A DNA stretch of 64,000 nucleotides. Source: an uncultured Gammaproteobacteria bacterium (GTDB lineage: Bacteria > Patescibacteriota > Patescibacteriia > Magasanikbacterales > JBBTQS01). Numbering within the stretch: the first letter of the stretch is position 1; every line of letters begins with the position of its first letter. Under the pieces are notes generated by a model. It did not search any database and was not told where the DNA came from. It was given only the letters and a program-made list of their open reading frames with translations. The DNA lies in the NCBI GenBank assembly GCA_965230935.1, contig OZ246400.1:173705-237704 (forward strand). The letters are read 5' to 3'. The position numbers and the translations under genes are program-made. Shown in pieces: positions 47,796 to 58,444 of the stretch.

Positions 47796-49031
47796 ATGAT
47801 ATTCAAACAATCAAAACTCTTTACCAAGACAAGTAAAGAAAATCCAAAAGACGAAGTAAGTATTAATGCACAGCTCCTTTCTCGAGCGGGATACATTGAT
47901 AAGGTCATGGCCGGAGTGTACTCATATCTCCCGCTTGGTTTGCGCGTACTTACTAAGATCGCAAAAATTGTGCGATCTGAAATGGATGGCATTGGCGCGC
48001 AAGAGCTGTTGTTGCCAGCGCTTCATCCAAAAGAATATTATCTCGCAACCAAGCGCTGGGAAGCGATTGATGTATTGTTTAAACTCGAAGGCGCAGGGAG
48101 TAAAGAACTTGCGCTTGGATCAACGCACGAAGAGATTGTCACACCACTGTTGCAAAAATTCGTACATTCGTATAAGGATCTACCAACAGCGGTATATCAA
48201 ATTCAAACAAAGTTCCGAAATGAACCACGGGCAAAATCAGGGCTACTTCGTGGTCGCGAATTTTTGATGAAAGATTTGTACAGTTTTCATAGAGATCAAG
48301 CTGATTTTGAACAGTATTATACAACAGTAACTGAAGCGTATCACCGTGTATTTGCCCAGTGTGGACTTGATGCAAAGTACACAGCTGCAGACGGAGGGGT
48401 GTTTAGTAAGTTCTCTCATGAATTTCAAGTGTTTACTCCCCATGGTGAGGATATGGTGTTTAGCTGTGGCGCGTGTGATGTGCATACCAACAAAGAATTA
48501 GTGAGTGACAATACATGTGAGCAGTGTGGGGGAGAGCGTGAGGAAAATAAAGCAATTGAGGTGGGAAATATTTTCCCATTGAAGACAAAGTTTTCTACTG
48601 CATTTGATTTTACCTATCCTGATGAGAAAAATACCCAACAAGAGATTCTTATGGGGTGCTATGGCATCGGAGTTAGTCGACTGATGGGAGCTATTGTTGA
48701 GGTGCATCATGACGACGCTGGTATTATTTGGCCGAAGGAAGTGGCGCCATATGATGTGCATGTGATTGCCCTGGGTCAGGACGAGGCGGTCATGAAAAAA
48801 GCGCAAGAGATAGCGATTACCCTTTCAGAACATGGAAAAGATGTGCTACTTGATGATCGTGATGTGCGTGCAGGAGTGAAGTTTGCTGATAGTGATTTGA
48901 TTGGCCTACCAGTCCGTGTTGTGGTAAGTTCGGGATTGCTTGAGAACAATCAAGTTGAAGTCAAAGAGCGAATCGCTGTTGAGGCTACCACCTTGGATGA
49001 AGCACAACTGTATAGCCAGTGGGGCTTTTAA
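47796..49031 (+). CDS. proS: prolyl-tRNA synthetase (short form, no insertion editing domain)
   Basis: Class-II motifs (FRNE, GRE...DLYSF, GCYGIGVSRL) and a C-terminal anticodon-binding domain. ATG 47796 follows the upstream stop. Confidence 0.92.
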   Translation: MIFKQSKLFTKTSKENPKDEVSINAQLLSRAGYIDKVMAGVYSYLPLGLRVLTKIAKIVRSEMDGIGAQELLLPALHPKEYYLATKRWEAIDVLFKLEGAGSKELALGSTHEEIVTPLLQKFVHSYKDLPTAVYQIQTKFRNEPRAKSGLLRGREFLMKDLYSFHRDQADFEQYYTTVTEAYHRVFAQCGLDAKYTAADGGVFSKFSHEFQVFTPHGEDMVFSCGACDVHTNKELVSDNTCEQCGGEREENKAIEVGNIFPLKTKFSTAFDFTYPDEKNTQQEILMGCYGIGVSRLMGAIVEVHHDDAGIIWPKEVAPYDVHVIALGQDEAVMKKAQEIAITLSEHGKDVLLDDRDVRAGVKFADSDLIGLPVRVVVSSGLLENNQVEVKERIAVEATTLDEAQLYSQWGF

Positions 49032-49052
49032 AACACAACAAATACAAAAACA

Positions 49053-50108
49053 ATGATTAAGAATTTTTTTGGAAAATTCAGCAAGGATCTTGCTATTGAT
49101 CTTGGTACATCAAATACATTGGTGTATGTAAAGGACAAGGGGATTGTGGTTCAAGAACCTTCTGTCGTGGCGGTGAATGTCCGTACTGAGCAGATTTTGG
49201 CAGTGGGAAACGAAGCAAAAAATATGTTGGGGAAAACCCCGAAGCATATTGTGACCACGCGGCCGTTGATTAATGGGGTGATTTCTGATTTTGAAGTCAC
49301 TGAGCGCATGCTCAAATATTTTATTGACAAAGTACATGAGGACGAATTTACATTTGTCCCCCGACCACGAATTGTGATTTCAGTACCGCTGGGTATTACT
49401 GAAGTAGAACGTAAAGCAGTGGAGGATGCGGTTATTGCCGCCGGAGCGCGTGAAGTATTTACTGTAGAAGAGCCTATGGTAGCGGCAATCGGCGCGCGCA
49501 TGTCAGTTGAAGATCCGATTGGAAGTATGATTGTCCAAATTGGAGGAGGAAATACGCAAATTGCTATTATCTCACTTGAGGGAATCGTCAGTTGGCGAAC
49601 CAGCCTTATTGCCGGGGATGAAATGACGAAAAATATCGTACAGTATACTCGTGAAGTATTTGGATTATATCTGGGCACCGCGCATGCAGAGAACATTAAA
49701 ATCGCCATTGGTTCGGCGCAACAAGCAGAAGAAGTCACTGAATATCCGGTTCGTGGTCGAGATGTGTTAAGTGGATTGCCACGTGAAGTTATGATTGATA
49801 GTACGCATGTCTTTCGAGCAATTTCGCGCAGTATCGAAAAAATCATTGAAGAGATTAAAGCCACGCTTGAGGTAACGCCTCCTGAAGTGGTCGCTGATAT
49901 TCATGAGCGAGGGATTGTGCTCTCTGGTGGTGGTGCGATGTTACGTGATTTGGATAGTGTGATCTCACAAGCGATCGGTATTCCGGTGCGGGTGGTAGAT
50001 GACCCGATTACGTGTGTGGTTCGTGGGAACGGTATTTTGCTTGAAGATGAGCGTCTGCGCAAAGAAGTTGCACTTCCTTCGGCAAAAGAAGAATCAATTA
50101 CTGTGTAG
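49053..50108 (+). CDS. mreB: rod-shape-determining protein MreB
   Basis: Actin-fold motifs (DLGTSNTLVYV, GGGTQIAI...). Confidence 0.95.
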   Translation: MIKNFFGKFSKDLAIDLGTSNTLVYVKDKGIVVQEPSVVAVNVRTEQILAVGNEAKNMLGKTPKHIVTTRPLINGVISDFEVTERMLKYFIDKVHEDEFTFVPRPRIVISVPLGITEVERKAVEDAVIAAGAREVFTVEEPMVAAIGARMSVEDPIGSMIVQIGGGNTQIAIISLEGIVSWRTSLIAGDEMTKNIVQYTREVFGLYLGTAHAENIKIAIGSAQQAEEVTEYPVRGRDVLSGLPREVMIDSTHVFRAISRSIEKIIEEIKATLEVTPPEVVADIHERGIVLSGGGAMLRDLDSVISQAIGIPVRVVDDPITCVVRGNGILLEDERLRKEVALPSAKEESITV

Positions 50109-50114
50109 TCGTAT

Positions 50115-50918
50115 ATGCGAACACGTCGTCAAATCAGATGGTGGTATCTGATTGGGATCTTAGCTATTGTGATCGGCTTGGGAGCTCTTGGTGCACTCCG
50201 TCCATTGCGCAGCGCAATTATTCAGAGTGTTACGCCACTGCAGCGCTTTTTTTATCAACGTGGCATTGCAGACACGCCAGCAAGTTTGACTGAGCTAAGT
50301 CGTCAAGAATTGATTACAAAAGTAACTGAGCTAGAGAATCAAATTGTACGCATGCAGCAAGAATATGTGACAGAGGCACTGCAACAAGAGGAATATCAGA
50401 CGCTTCAGCAAATAACACAATTCACCTCACGCCTTGATAATTACCGCAGTGTCTCTGCCAACGTCATCGGCCTGGGGGCGAACCAAGATCCATCAGTGAT
50501 TATTATTGATAAAGGAGCGCAGAACAGTGATGTTGTGCTTGGTGCTCCGCTCGTGTCTCCAGAAGGTGCATTTATTGGAACTGTTGCCGAGTTGTATGAC
50601 AGAGTCTCGCATGTTCGATTACTGACTAATCCTCGAGCAGCAGTCAGTGTCTCTGCGATTGACAGCACAGAACCGGTCGGCATGGTACAGGGACGTTTTG
50701 GATTATCTGCTGGACTCTCGCTTGTACCCAAAACCGTATCTATTGCTCCAGGAGATTTAGTGTATACCTCAGGGTTAGATAGTCGTATTCCACCTGGAAT
50801 TCTTGTCGCAGAAGTGGAAACGATTGAAGAAGAACCTAACACTCAATTTTTTCATGGTCTGGTTAATTTACGGTTTTTACCACAAACACTTCATGTGGTA
50901 AGTGTGCTGCTTGAGTAA
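50115..50918 (+). CDS. mreC: rod-shape-determining protein MreC
   Basis: N-terminal TM and coiled coil followed by beta-rich domains. Position after mreB. Confidence 0.85.
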   Translation: MRTRRQIRWWYLIGILAIVIGLGALGALRPLRSAIIQSVTPLQRFFYQRGIADTPASLTELSRQELITKVTELENQIVRMQQEYVTEALQQEEYQTLQQITQFTSRLDNYRSVSANVIGLGANQDPSVIIIDKGAQNSDVVLGAPLVSPEGAFIGTVAELYDRVSHVRLLTNPRAAVSVSAIDSTEPVGMVQGRFGLSAGLSLVPKTVSIAPGDLVYTSGLDSRIPPGILVAEVETIEEEPNTQFFHGLVNLRFLPQTLHVVSVLLE

Positions 50919-50923
50919 CTACT

Positions 50924-51427
50924 ATGCGTAAACTTATTCTCGCCAGTTTACTTTTTATCAGTATTATCGTGCTGCAGTTTGGTGTACTCAATGCATTTGC
51001 ACATCCGATCTCAGCAATTAATATTCCTGTAGCGCTAGCACTGACTATGATTTATTTTGAAACAGCACGCGACAGTTGGGCATGGCCACTGTTATTTGGT
51101 GTGGTGTGGGATGCACTGAGTCCAAATGGATTTGGAGTATTTATTATGACATTTATTCTTTCCTGGTTGATTATTCGTACCGTGTTTTTGCGTGTGGTAA
51201 CCAATATGACATGGTACTCCTACATTGCATTTTCTGCGTTTGGTGTGGTGGTATGGTATACCATATATAGTATTGTGGTATTGGTGTGGAATCAAGCACT
51301 TGCGATTCCGCTCAGTCATCTTTGGGAAATTGTAGTTCCTGCCGCAATTGCCACTTGGGTGCTCGCATTATTTTTGTATAGCATATTTCGTATTGCTATG
51401 CGTTCGCTAATGCCGACACATATTTAA
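50924..51427 (+). CDS. mreD: rod-shape-determining protein MreD
   Basis: Small polytopic membrane protein. Position between mreC and pbp2. Confidence 0.75.
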   Translation: MRKLILASLLFISIIVLQFGVLNAFAHPISAINIPVALALTMIYFETARDSWAWPLLFGVVWDALSPNGFGVFIMTFILSWLIIRTVFLRVVTNMTWYSYIAFSAFGVVVWYTIYSIVVLVWNQALAIPLSHLWEIVVPAAIATWVLALFLYSIFRIAMRSLMPTHI

Positions 51428-51429
51428 CT

Positions 51430-53430
51430 ATGCCATGGTTTTTTCGTAAAAAAAATCGTAAAGGCGCTGATGATTTGTTTTTTAGTGGCTCACCTGAAAA
51501 ACGATATTTTTCTGTCGAGGGGAAATATCGCTATAATTGGGTACAAGCATTCTTTTCAAAAAATGAACCACTTGATGAAGCGGTTGGCTCGCGGGAGCGG
51601 TTTCTTGGTAATTCACTGACCAAAAAGAAAATCATGATTATTGGTGGAGTTTTTTGGATGTTGCTTTTTGCATTGATGTGGCGAGTGGGGGACTTGCAGC
51701 TATTCCGGGGGAGGGATTTGTTACTTGCTGCTGAAGATAATCGGTTTCGATTTTATGCCCAACCGGCGCAACGTGGCATTATTTATGATCGCAATGGTAT
51801 ACCACTTGTCAAAAATTTGCCCACATTTGCTTTAGCTATTTCTCCTCGAGACATCCTGCCATATCCTGAACGTCGCCAAACCATTAATGAACTTTTAGAA
51901 TTGTCTGATGAACAAGCAATTGCAATTTTTGATATTCCAAATGCACTGCAGCAAGAGTCACTTATTGTAAAAGAGAATATGAGTTTTGAGGAGGCATTGC
52001 AGATTAAAGTTGCTGGAGCGGCAATTCCCGGGATATATTTATTTGACACGTCATATCGAGAATACCTTCTTGACTCGAGCAAGAGTTTGGCGCATGTACT
52101 TGGCTATGTTGGAAAGATGAGCGCTGCAGAATGGGATGAAGTTCGTCAAGATGAAGCACGACTACAAGATCTTTCATATGAACCTACCGATACCATTGGA
52201 AAACAAGGGATTGAAAAGACGTATGAGCAGATTTTGCGCGGTGTGTTTGGTAAGGTTCAGGTTGAAGTAGATGCCCAAGGAAGACAAGGCCGGCAGATCA
52301 ACAGTGTGCGCGCAATTCCTGGCGAGTCGGTTATTTTGAGTTTGGACGCCAATATTCAGTCAGAATTGGAGTCAATCATGGAGCGCTGGATGCAGACGAT
52401 GGGGAAGGCGCGCGGTTCAGCAGTAGCTATTAATCCACAAAATGGAGAGGTGCTCGCACTGGTTTCATTACCAACTTATGATAGCAATGCGTTTGTACAA
52501 GGATTAGATGCTGATGAATTCGCTCAGATTCTTGAGGATGAAGATCGACCGTTATTTGCTCGAGCAATTGGTGGGCAATATCCATCCGGATCAGTGGTAA
52601 AACCATTTGTGGCTGCTGCAGCACTCCAAGAGGGGATTATCACGTCGAACTCCACGTTTGCAAGTACCGGTGGTTTGCAAGTCGCTCGATGGTTTTTTAA
52701 AGATTGGAAAGCAGGTGGACATGGCTTGGTAAATGTTCGCAAAGCAATTGCTGATTCGGTAAACACATTCTTTTATATTGTTGGTGGTGGGTATAACACT
52801 GTTTCCGGGCTAGGAGTTGAACGCATCAACGCATACTTACAACAGTTTGGTTTTGGACAAACAACCGGGATTGATTTACCAGGAGAGATTGATGGGTTTA
52901 TTCCTACGCCAGATTGGAAAGAATCGACCAAAGAGGAGATTTGGTATATCGGCGACACGTACAATTTGTCAATTGGTCAGGGTGATTTTCTTACCTCACC
53001 ACTTCAGATGACGGTGGCCACTGCCGCAATTGCCAATGGTGGAACGTTGTATAAACCGCGGTTGGTTCAGGGGATTGCTCGATCAGGAAATATCATCTCA
53101 AATGCATTTGAGCCAGAGATTACCAACGCCAAGATGATTGCTCCAGAACACATTCAAACAATCAGGGAGGGCATGCGCCAAACCGTGACTCGAGGAACTG
53201 CAATCGGACTTTCTGGATTGCCGGTTGCTGTTGCAGCAAAAACCGGGACAGCCCAGTGGAGCAGTCTTGCTGATCCTCATGCGTGGTTTACCAGTTTTGC
53301 TCCTTATCAAAGGCCGGAAATCGCATTGACGGTTATGATTGAGGAAGGAGAAAGTGGTGGAGTCATCTCAGCTCGAATTGCCCGAGAGTTCTATAGCTGG
53401 TGGGCGCAATATCGTACCACCTCGCCTTGA
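51430..53430 (+). CDS. mrdA: penicillin-binding protein 2 (elongasome transpeptidase)
   Basis: PBP dimerisation domain plus transpeptidase motifs (SGSVVKP, SxN, KTGTA). Downstream of mreBCD. Confidence 0.9.
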   Translation: MPWFFRKKNRKGADDLFFSGSPEKRYFSVEGKYRYNWVQAFFSKNEPLDEAVGSRERFLGNSLTKKKIMIIGGVFWMLLFALMWRVGDLQLFRGRDLLLAAEDNRFRFYAQPAQRGIIYDRNGIPLVKNLPTFALAISPRDILPYPERRQTINELLELSDEQAIAIFDIPNALQQESLIVKENMSFEEALQIKVAGAAIPGIYLFDTSYREYLLDSSKSLAHVLGYVGKMSAAEWDEVRQDEARLQDLSYEPTDTIGKQGIEKTYEQILRGVFGKVQVEVDAQGRQGRQINSVRAIPGESVILSLDANIQSELESIMERWMQTMGKARGSAVAINPQNGEVLALVSLPTYDSNAFVQGLDADEFAQILEDEDRPLFARAIGGQYPSGSVVKPFVAAAALQEGIITSNSTFASTGGLQVARWFFKDWKAGGHGLVNVRKAIADSVNTFFYIVGGGYNTVSGLGVERINAYLQQFGFGQTTGIDLPGEIDGFIPTPDWKESTKEEIWYIGDTYNLSIGQGDFLTSPLQMTVATAAIANGGTLYKPRLVQGIARSGNIISNAFEPEITNAKMIAPEHIQTIREGMRQTVTRGTAIGLSGLPVAVAAKTGTAQWSSLADPHAWFTSFAPYQRPEIALTVMIEEGESGGVISARIAREFYSWWAQYRTTSP

Positions 53431-53475
53431 CAGGAGTGGTAATAGCCGGTATACTTCTTTTATTGTTTATACGCT

Positions 53476-53937
53476 ATGAATACGGTTGTACACATTTCAA
53501 AAGAGGGATTGGCCAAACTTAAAGAGGAATTTGAGGTTTTAAAAATGAAAACCATTCCTGATATTGCGCAAAAAATTGATGAGGCAAAGCAAAATGGTGA
53601 TTTATCAGAAAATGCTGAGTATCAAGAAGCAAAAGAGCGTATGGCATTTGCCCAAGGCAAGTTGCTTGAGCTTGAGCAAAAGATCACTAATGCCCAAATT
53701 ATTACCTATACGGCAAGCGATACGGTTGAAGTTGGTTCTACCGTACAACTCAAAACTGAAGATGGGAGTGAAAAAACCTACCAAATCGTCGGTTCTACTG
53801 AAGCCGACCCGGTTGCTGGTAAGATCTCTAATGAGTCCCCAATTGGTAAAGCATTTATGGGGCACAAAGTCGGGGATGAGGTTGCTGTTGAAAAGCCTTC
53901 GGGGACAACCCGCTATACCATACTTTCCGTTCAATAA
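53476..53937 (+). CDS. greA: transcription elongation factor GreA
   Basis: N-terminal coiled coil with DLSENAEY acidic tip. C-terminal FKBP-like domain. Confidence 0.92.
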   Translation: MNTVVHISKEGLAKLKEEFEVLKMKTIPDIAQKIDEAKQNGDLSENAEYQEAKERMAFAQGKLLELEQKITNAQIITYTASDTVEVGSTVQLKTEDGSEKTYQIVGSTEADPVAGKISNESPIGKAFMGHKVGDEVAVEKPSGTTRYTILSVQ

Positions 53938-54039
53938 GTGGCATCGGGGCGCCAAGGGGCGCTCTTTTGCTTTTTACACATAGTTTTTTGACGAAAACCC
54001 AAGATCGCGATACAATTGAAGGGATTTTTAGCAAAAATT

Positions 54040-55527
54040 ATGAAGAAAAGTGAACAGGAAGTTCGCCAGGAAAAGGCAGAACAACTCCGTGCAAAAGGGA
54101 TTAATCCCTATCCGGCAACTGCAAAACGCACCCATATGGTGTCTGATTTTATCTTGGCACACGAAAAGCTGACTGGTAGCGCAAATGTTGTGTCACTTGC
54201 CGGGCGAATCATGAGTATCCGTGGTCAAGGCGGAGTAAATTTCGTGCACCTTCGTGATGAGAGTGGGGAAGTACAATTGTTTTTTAAAAAGGATGAGCTT
54301 GGCGAAGAGTTGTTTAACCAATTTACTGAATTACTTGATCGAGGAGATTTTATTGATGCTTCTGGTGTTGCGTTTACCACAAAACGTGGAGAAAAAAGTT
54401 TGCTGGTTCAAGAATATACCATTCTTACCAAGACCATTTTGCCACTTCCTGAAAAATGGCATGGGCTACAAGACGTTGAGCAGCGATATCGTAAGCGATA
54501 TCTTGATTTGATCGCAGGTGATGGAGTGATGGAGCGCTTTAAGATCCGCAGCGCTGTGCTTTTTCACATGCGTCAGTTTTTGCACAACGAAGGATATACT
54601 GAAGTGGAAACACCAGTACTGCAGCCGCTATACGGTGGAACATCTGCTCGTCCATTTACTACTCATCACAACTCACTTGATATCAACTTGTACTTACGGA
54701 TTGCATCGGAGTTGTATTTGAAACGACTCACTATTGGTGGAATGGAAAAGGTGTACGAAATTTCACGCGTATTTCGAAACGAGGGCTTAAGCCCGCGACA
54801 CAATCCGGAGTTCACTTTGTTTGAAACTATGGCGGCATATGAAGATTATACCTATAATATGTCGCTGATCGAACGTCTGTATGAACATTGTGCAAAACAA
54901 ATTTTTGGCAAAACACAGATCAAACATGGAGAACACATTCTTGAGATGAAAGCGCCATGGAAGCGAGTTACCATGGTTGATGCCGTTAAAGAAGTGGTTG
55001 GGTGGGATTATCTGTCGTATGACGACGATGCAATTGAACAGGCTAAAGTTGATGCTGCAAAAATGGGGTGTGCTGATGTAGATGGGTTTGCTGATACGCA
55101 ATCACTCGGTGAGTTATTAACCGTACTATTTGAAGAAAAAGTCGAACAAACACTCATTCAGCCCACGATTGTATACCGGTATCCAGTGGAAAGTTCGCCA
55201 CTTGCCAAGGCATGTGAAGATGACCAGCGTTTTGTTGAGCGGTTTGAGCAATACATTCTTGGGCAAGAGCAAGGAAATAATTACTCAGAACTGAATGACC
55301 CTGAAGAGCTTCGTCGTCGTTTTGAAAGCGAAGAAGCAAAAACAAAACGCGGCAAAGCAGTTGATGATGTGCACAGCACTGATTATGATTTTCTTGAAGC
55401 GATTGCACATGGTATGCCACCAACCTCAGGAGCCGGAATCGGCGTTGATCGCATGGTAATGGTGTTTGCCGGTGCAACAACTATTAAAGAAGTGGTTTTA
55501 TTCCCAACAATGAAACCAAAAGAATAG
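54040..55527 (+). CDS. lysS: lysyl-tRNA synthetase (class II)
   Basis: OB-fold N-domain and class-II motifs (FRNEG; GxGxGxDR-like GAGIGVDR). ATG 54040; the track ORF starts at TTG 54016. Confidence 0.93.
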   Translation: MKKSEQEVRQEKAEQLRAKGINPYPATAKRTHMVSDFILAHEKLTGSANVVSLAGRIMSIRGQGGVNFVHLRDESGEVQLFFKKDELGEELFNQFTELLDRGDFIDASGVAFTTKRGEKSLLVQEYTILTKTILPLPEKWHGLQDVEQRYRKRYLDLIAGDGVMERFKIRSAVLFHMRQFLHNEGYTEVETPVLQPLYGGTSARPFTTHHNSLDINLYLRIASELYLKRLTIGGMEKVYEISRVFRNEGLSPRHNPEFTLFETMAAYEDYTYNMSLIERLYEHCAKQIFGKTQIKHGEHILEMKAPWKRVTMVDAVKEVVGWDYLSYDDDAIEQAKVDAAKMGCADVDGFADTQSLGELLTVLFEEKVEQTLIQPTIVYRYPVESSPLAKACEDDQRFVERFEQYILGQEQGNNYSELNDPEELRRRFESEEAKTKRGKAVDDVHSTDYDFLEAIAHGMPPTSGAGIGVDRMVMVFAGATTIKEVVLFPTMKPKE

Positions 55528-55534
55528 GGGGGGT

Positions 55535-56356
55535 ATGGCAAAAACCATTGTGACGCACAAAAATCCTCATGTTGATGATGTGGCAGCCATCTGGATTTTT
55601 TTGCGTTTTATTCCAGCATGGGCAAATGCCAAAATGGTGTTTGTACATGCCGATAGTAAGCAGCGCATGCGTGACACACGAGATAAAATTCATATTGGGG
55701 TTGGTCATGGCGCATTTGATGAACATAAAGGAAACACCAAAGATAGTGCAACAACATTAGTGTGGAAATGGGGCAAGAAAAATCGTAAGTACGCTCTTTC
55801 TACCATTGAGACACGGGCGCTTAAGGAATTAGTGCACTATATCAATGACGAGGACCACGGCTTGCTGTTTGCGCAACAAGCGCGCGAGTTTATGATTGGT
55901 TCGGTGTTTACCTATCTTCCATCAGTTACTAAACAAGGTTCTCGGGGATCTTTACAATTTGGGCTTAAATATCTTGATGCGGTATTTTCAGGTCTCAAAG
56001 AAAAGCACGCGCTGCTCGCTGATTGGCGCAAACGAAAAGAATTTACTACCAAGTGGGGGAGGGGGGTTGCGATTACCACCAAGGTTAGCTCAAAGGTAGT
56101 GGCGCGAGTAGCGTACGCTAAAGGGTTTACTTTATTTGTATATCGAAATCCTGTCTCAAAATACACATCGATTAAGGCGCAAAATAATTCTCGGGTAAAC
56201 TTAACGCGTGCGTATAATGCCGTGAAAAAATTAGAACCCAAAAGCGAATGGTATTTGCACCACAGTAAAAAAATGTTGATTTGCGGTTCTGATGTAGCAG
56301 CAAATCTGTACTTGTCCTCAGCACCTCTGAGTACATTGATTTCTTATCTGCGCTAG
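55535..56356 (+). CDS. hypothetical metal-dependent hydrolase (MYG1/UPF0160-like)
   Basis: THKNPHVDDVAAIWIF...IGVGHGAFDEHK resembles the MYG1 N-terminal metal-binding pattern (THxxxxHxDE...VDVGG.YD..HH). Confidence 0.5.
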   Translation: MAKTIVTHKNPHVDDVAAIWIFLRFIPAWANAKMVFVHADSKQRMRDTRDKIHIGVGHGAFDEHKGNTKDSATTLVWKWGKKNRKYALSTIETRALKELVHYINDEDHGLLFAQQAREFMIGSVFTYLPSVTKQGSRGSLQFGLKYLDAVFSGLKEKHALLADWRKRKEFTTKWGRGVAITTKVSSKVVARVAYAKGFTLFVYRNPVSKYTSIKAQNNSRVNLTRAYNAVKKLEPKSEWYLHHSKKMLICGSDVAANLYLSSAPLSTLISYLR

Positions 56357-56357
56357 T

Positions 56358-57194
56358 ATGAAAAAGGTTTTAGTATTTGGCACATTTGACTTTTTACACC
56401 CAGGACATATTCGATTTTTTACTCAAGCAAAAGCGCTTGGTGATCACCTTACGGTTGTCATTGCTCGTGACAGTACAGCTGCCAAAGTCAAAAAACGAAA
56501 ACCAACCCTTTCCGAACAGGCTCGGCTTGATTTAGTTCGCTCAGTTGCAGCGGTGGACCACGCCATACTTGGGGATAAGGACGATGTGTATAGTTGCCTT
56601 AAAAAGGTTCGACCAAATGTGATCGCTCTTGGGTACGATCAGCACAGATTTACCGGCTCATTACCACAAAAACTAAAATCACTAGGACTTAAAACCCGAA
56701 TTAAACGACTTAAATCACTTAAGCCAGAAAAGTTTAAAAGCAGCAAAGTCAAAAAAATCACTGAAAAGAACGATGCTAAAGTGTTTTTAGTGCCTCTTGC
56801 TATTATCATTAAGGATGGTAAGGTGTTTTTACAACAACGTAATGATCCTGGGACAATAAATCATAAAAAATGGGAATTTCCAGGAGGATCAGTAGAGTGG
56901 GGGGAGACACCGGAGCAGTGCTTGGTTCGCGAGGTAAAAGAAGAGACCGGGTACGATGTTGTTGCGGAAAAACTACTTCCAAAGATCTTTACGAACTATC
57001 GAACCTATCAATGGGGGAGAGTGCAGATCGTGCTAATGCCGTATATTTGTCGGCTCACTTCCTCTGTGCTGAAAATTAGTGATCGGGAAGTTTTGCGGAC
57101 AGGATGGTTCACTATTGCGCAAGCAATTCGAAAGCCGCTGTTACCAAAAAATAAACAAATGTTGCGTATTACCAAACGCATTCAAAATCTATGA
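56358..57194 (+). CDS. nucleotidyltransferase (HxGH cytidylyltransferase-like) fused to NUDIX hydrolase
   Basis: N-terminus VFGTFDFLHPGHIRFF (HxGH). C-terminus has a Nudix box (GGSVEWGETPEQCLVREVKEETGY). Confidence 0.75.
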   Translation: MKKVLVFGTFDFLHPGHIRFFTQAKALGDHLTVVIARDSTAAKVKKRKPTLSEQARLDLVRSVAAVDHAILGDKDDVYSCLKKVRPNVIALGYDQHRFTGSLPQKLKSLGLKTRIKRLKSLKPEKFKSSKVKKITEKNDAKVFLVPLAIIIKDGKVFLQQRNDPGTINHKKWEFPGGSVEWGETPEQCLVREVKEETGYDVVAEKLLPKIFTNYRTYQWGRVQIVLMPYICRLTSSVLKISDREVLRTGWFTIAQAIRKPLLPKNKQMLRITKRIQNL

Positions 57195-58429
57195 TTGATA
57201 TTACATTTATTCGAGAGCATCCGGAGCGAGTAGTAACGTCTCTTAAAAAACGGGGTATTGATACTGACATTGTTGCTCAAGCACAGCATCTTGATGTTGA
57301 TATTCGTAAATTAGAAACGCAGATTAATGAATTGCGCGCACATCGTAAAAAAGGTTCAACGCAAAAACCATCGGAAGATGAAATCACACAAATGCAAAAG
57401 CTCCGGAAACAAATAGGGGAGTTAGAGGAGCAAAAATCTACACTTGATGAACAGTTGTTTGCTGTGATGGCTGCAATTCCAAACCTACTTCACGACGCAG
57501 TTCCTCAAGGCAAAACTGACGAAGACAACGTACTGATTGAAAAAGTGGGGGAGCCTCGTGAGTTTTCTTTTGCTCCTGTCTCACATGAGTCAATCCCAAA
57601 TGTATCTCGTGGAATTGATATCGAGCGAGGAGCAAAAGTGTCGGGAACTCGATTTTACTATCTGAAAGGAAAGGTGGCACTACTTGAACGTGCACTCATG
57701 AATTATGCCATTGACTTTATCACGCAAAAATCTTATGAGCTTGTGTTGCCACCAATTATGGTTAAAGAACCTGCGCTCTATGGAACTGGATACTTTCCTA
57801 ATGGACGCAATGAGGTGTATGCCGTAAATCCTGGGGAGGATGATCTGTACCTTATTGGAACCTCTGAGCAATCACTTATGGCTATGCATACTGATGAAGT
57901 TCTGGATGCCAAGCAACTGCCTATGCGATACGCTGGGTTTAGTCCCTGCTTTCGTCGAGAATCCGGAACGTATGGAAAAGACACCAAGGGGATTATTCGT
58001 GTTCATCAGTTTAATAAGGTGGAAATGGTGGTATTGTGTGCCGCAGCTGACGCCGAGCACATTCATCAAGAAATGGTAGCGATTTCCAAAGAGTTCTACG
58101 CTTCACTTGGCTTGCCGATTCAAATTATGCAGTTATGCTCAGGGGATACTGGAGCACAGGCAGCTCGCACGATTGACGTCGAAGCGTGGTTTCCTTCACA
58201 GCAAAAATATCGAGAGCTTGGGAGCGCAAGCACGACAACTGACTACCAGTCACGGAGGCTTAAAATTCGCCACAAAGATGGGAAGGCAAATGTCTTTGTG
58301 CACACCTTAAATAACACGGTTGCTACTGACCGTGCGATGTTAGCAGTGCTTGAGAATAATCAGCAAGAAGACGGTTCGGTTACTATCCCAGAAGTGTTAG
58401 TACCGTACTGTGGGTTTAGCACTCTCTAA
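57191..58429 (+). CDS. serS: seryl-tRNA synthetase
   Basis: N-terminal coiled-coil arm and class-II core (FRRE, GSAST...). Confidence 0.93.
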   Translation: MIDITFIREHPERVVTSLKKRGIDTDIVAQAQHLDVDIRKLETQINELRAHRKKGSTQKPSEDEITQMQKLRKQIGELEEQKSTLDEQLFAVMAAIPNLLHDAVPQGKTDEDNVLIEKVGEPREFSFAPVSHESIPNVSRGIDIERGAKVSGTRFYYLKGKVALLERALMNYAIDFITQKSYELVLPPIMVKEPALYGTGYFPNGRNEVYAVNPGEDDLYLIGTSEQSLMAMHTDEVLDAKQLPMRYAGFSPCFRRESGTYGKDTKGIIRVHQFNKVEMVVLCAAADAEHIHQEMVAISKEFYASLGLPIQIMQLCSGDTGAQAARTIDVEAWFPSQQKYRELGSASTTTDYQSRRLKIRHKDGKANVFVHTLNNTVATDRAMLAVLENNQQEDGSVTIPEVLVPYCGFSTL

Positions 58430-58444
58430 TACATAAGCGATGCT

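Noticed and set aside
49031-49052. CA-rich run before mreB as another cassette-type CAACA box
   Set aside because: It is followed directly by a start codon rather than a terminator, and the neighbouring genes are AT-rich native genes. It is more likely an A/C-rich translation-enhancer-type spacer. It is noted as a caveat for the CAACA-box finding.
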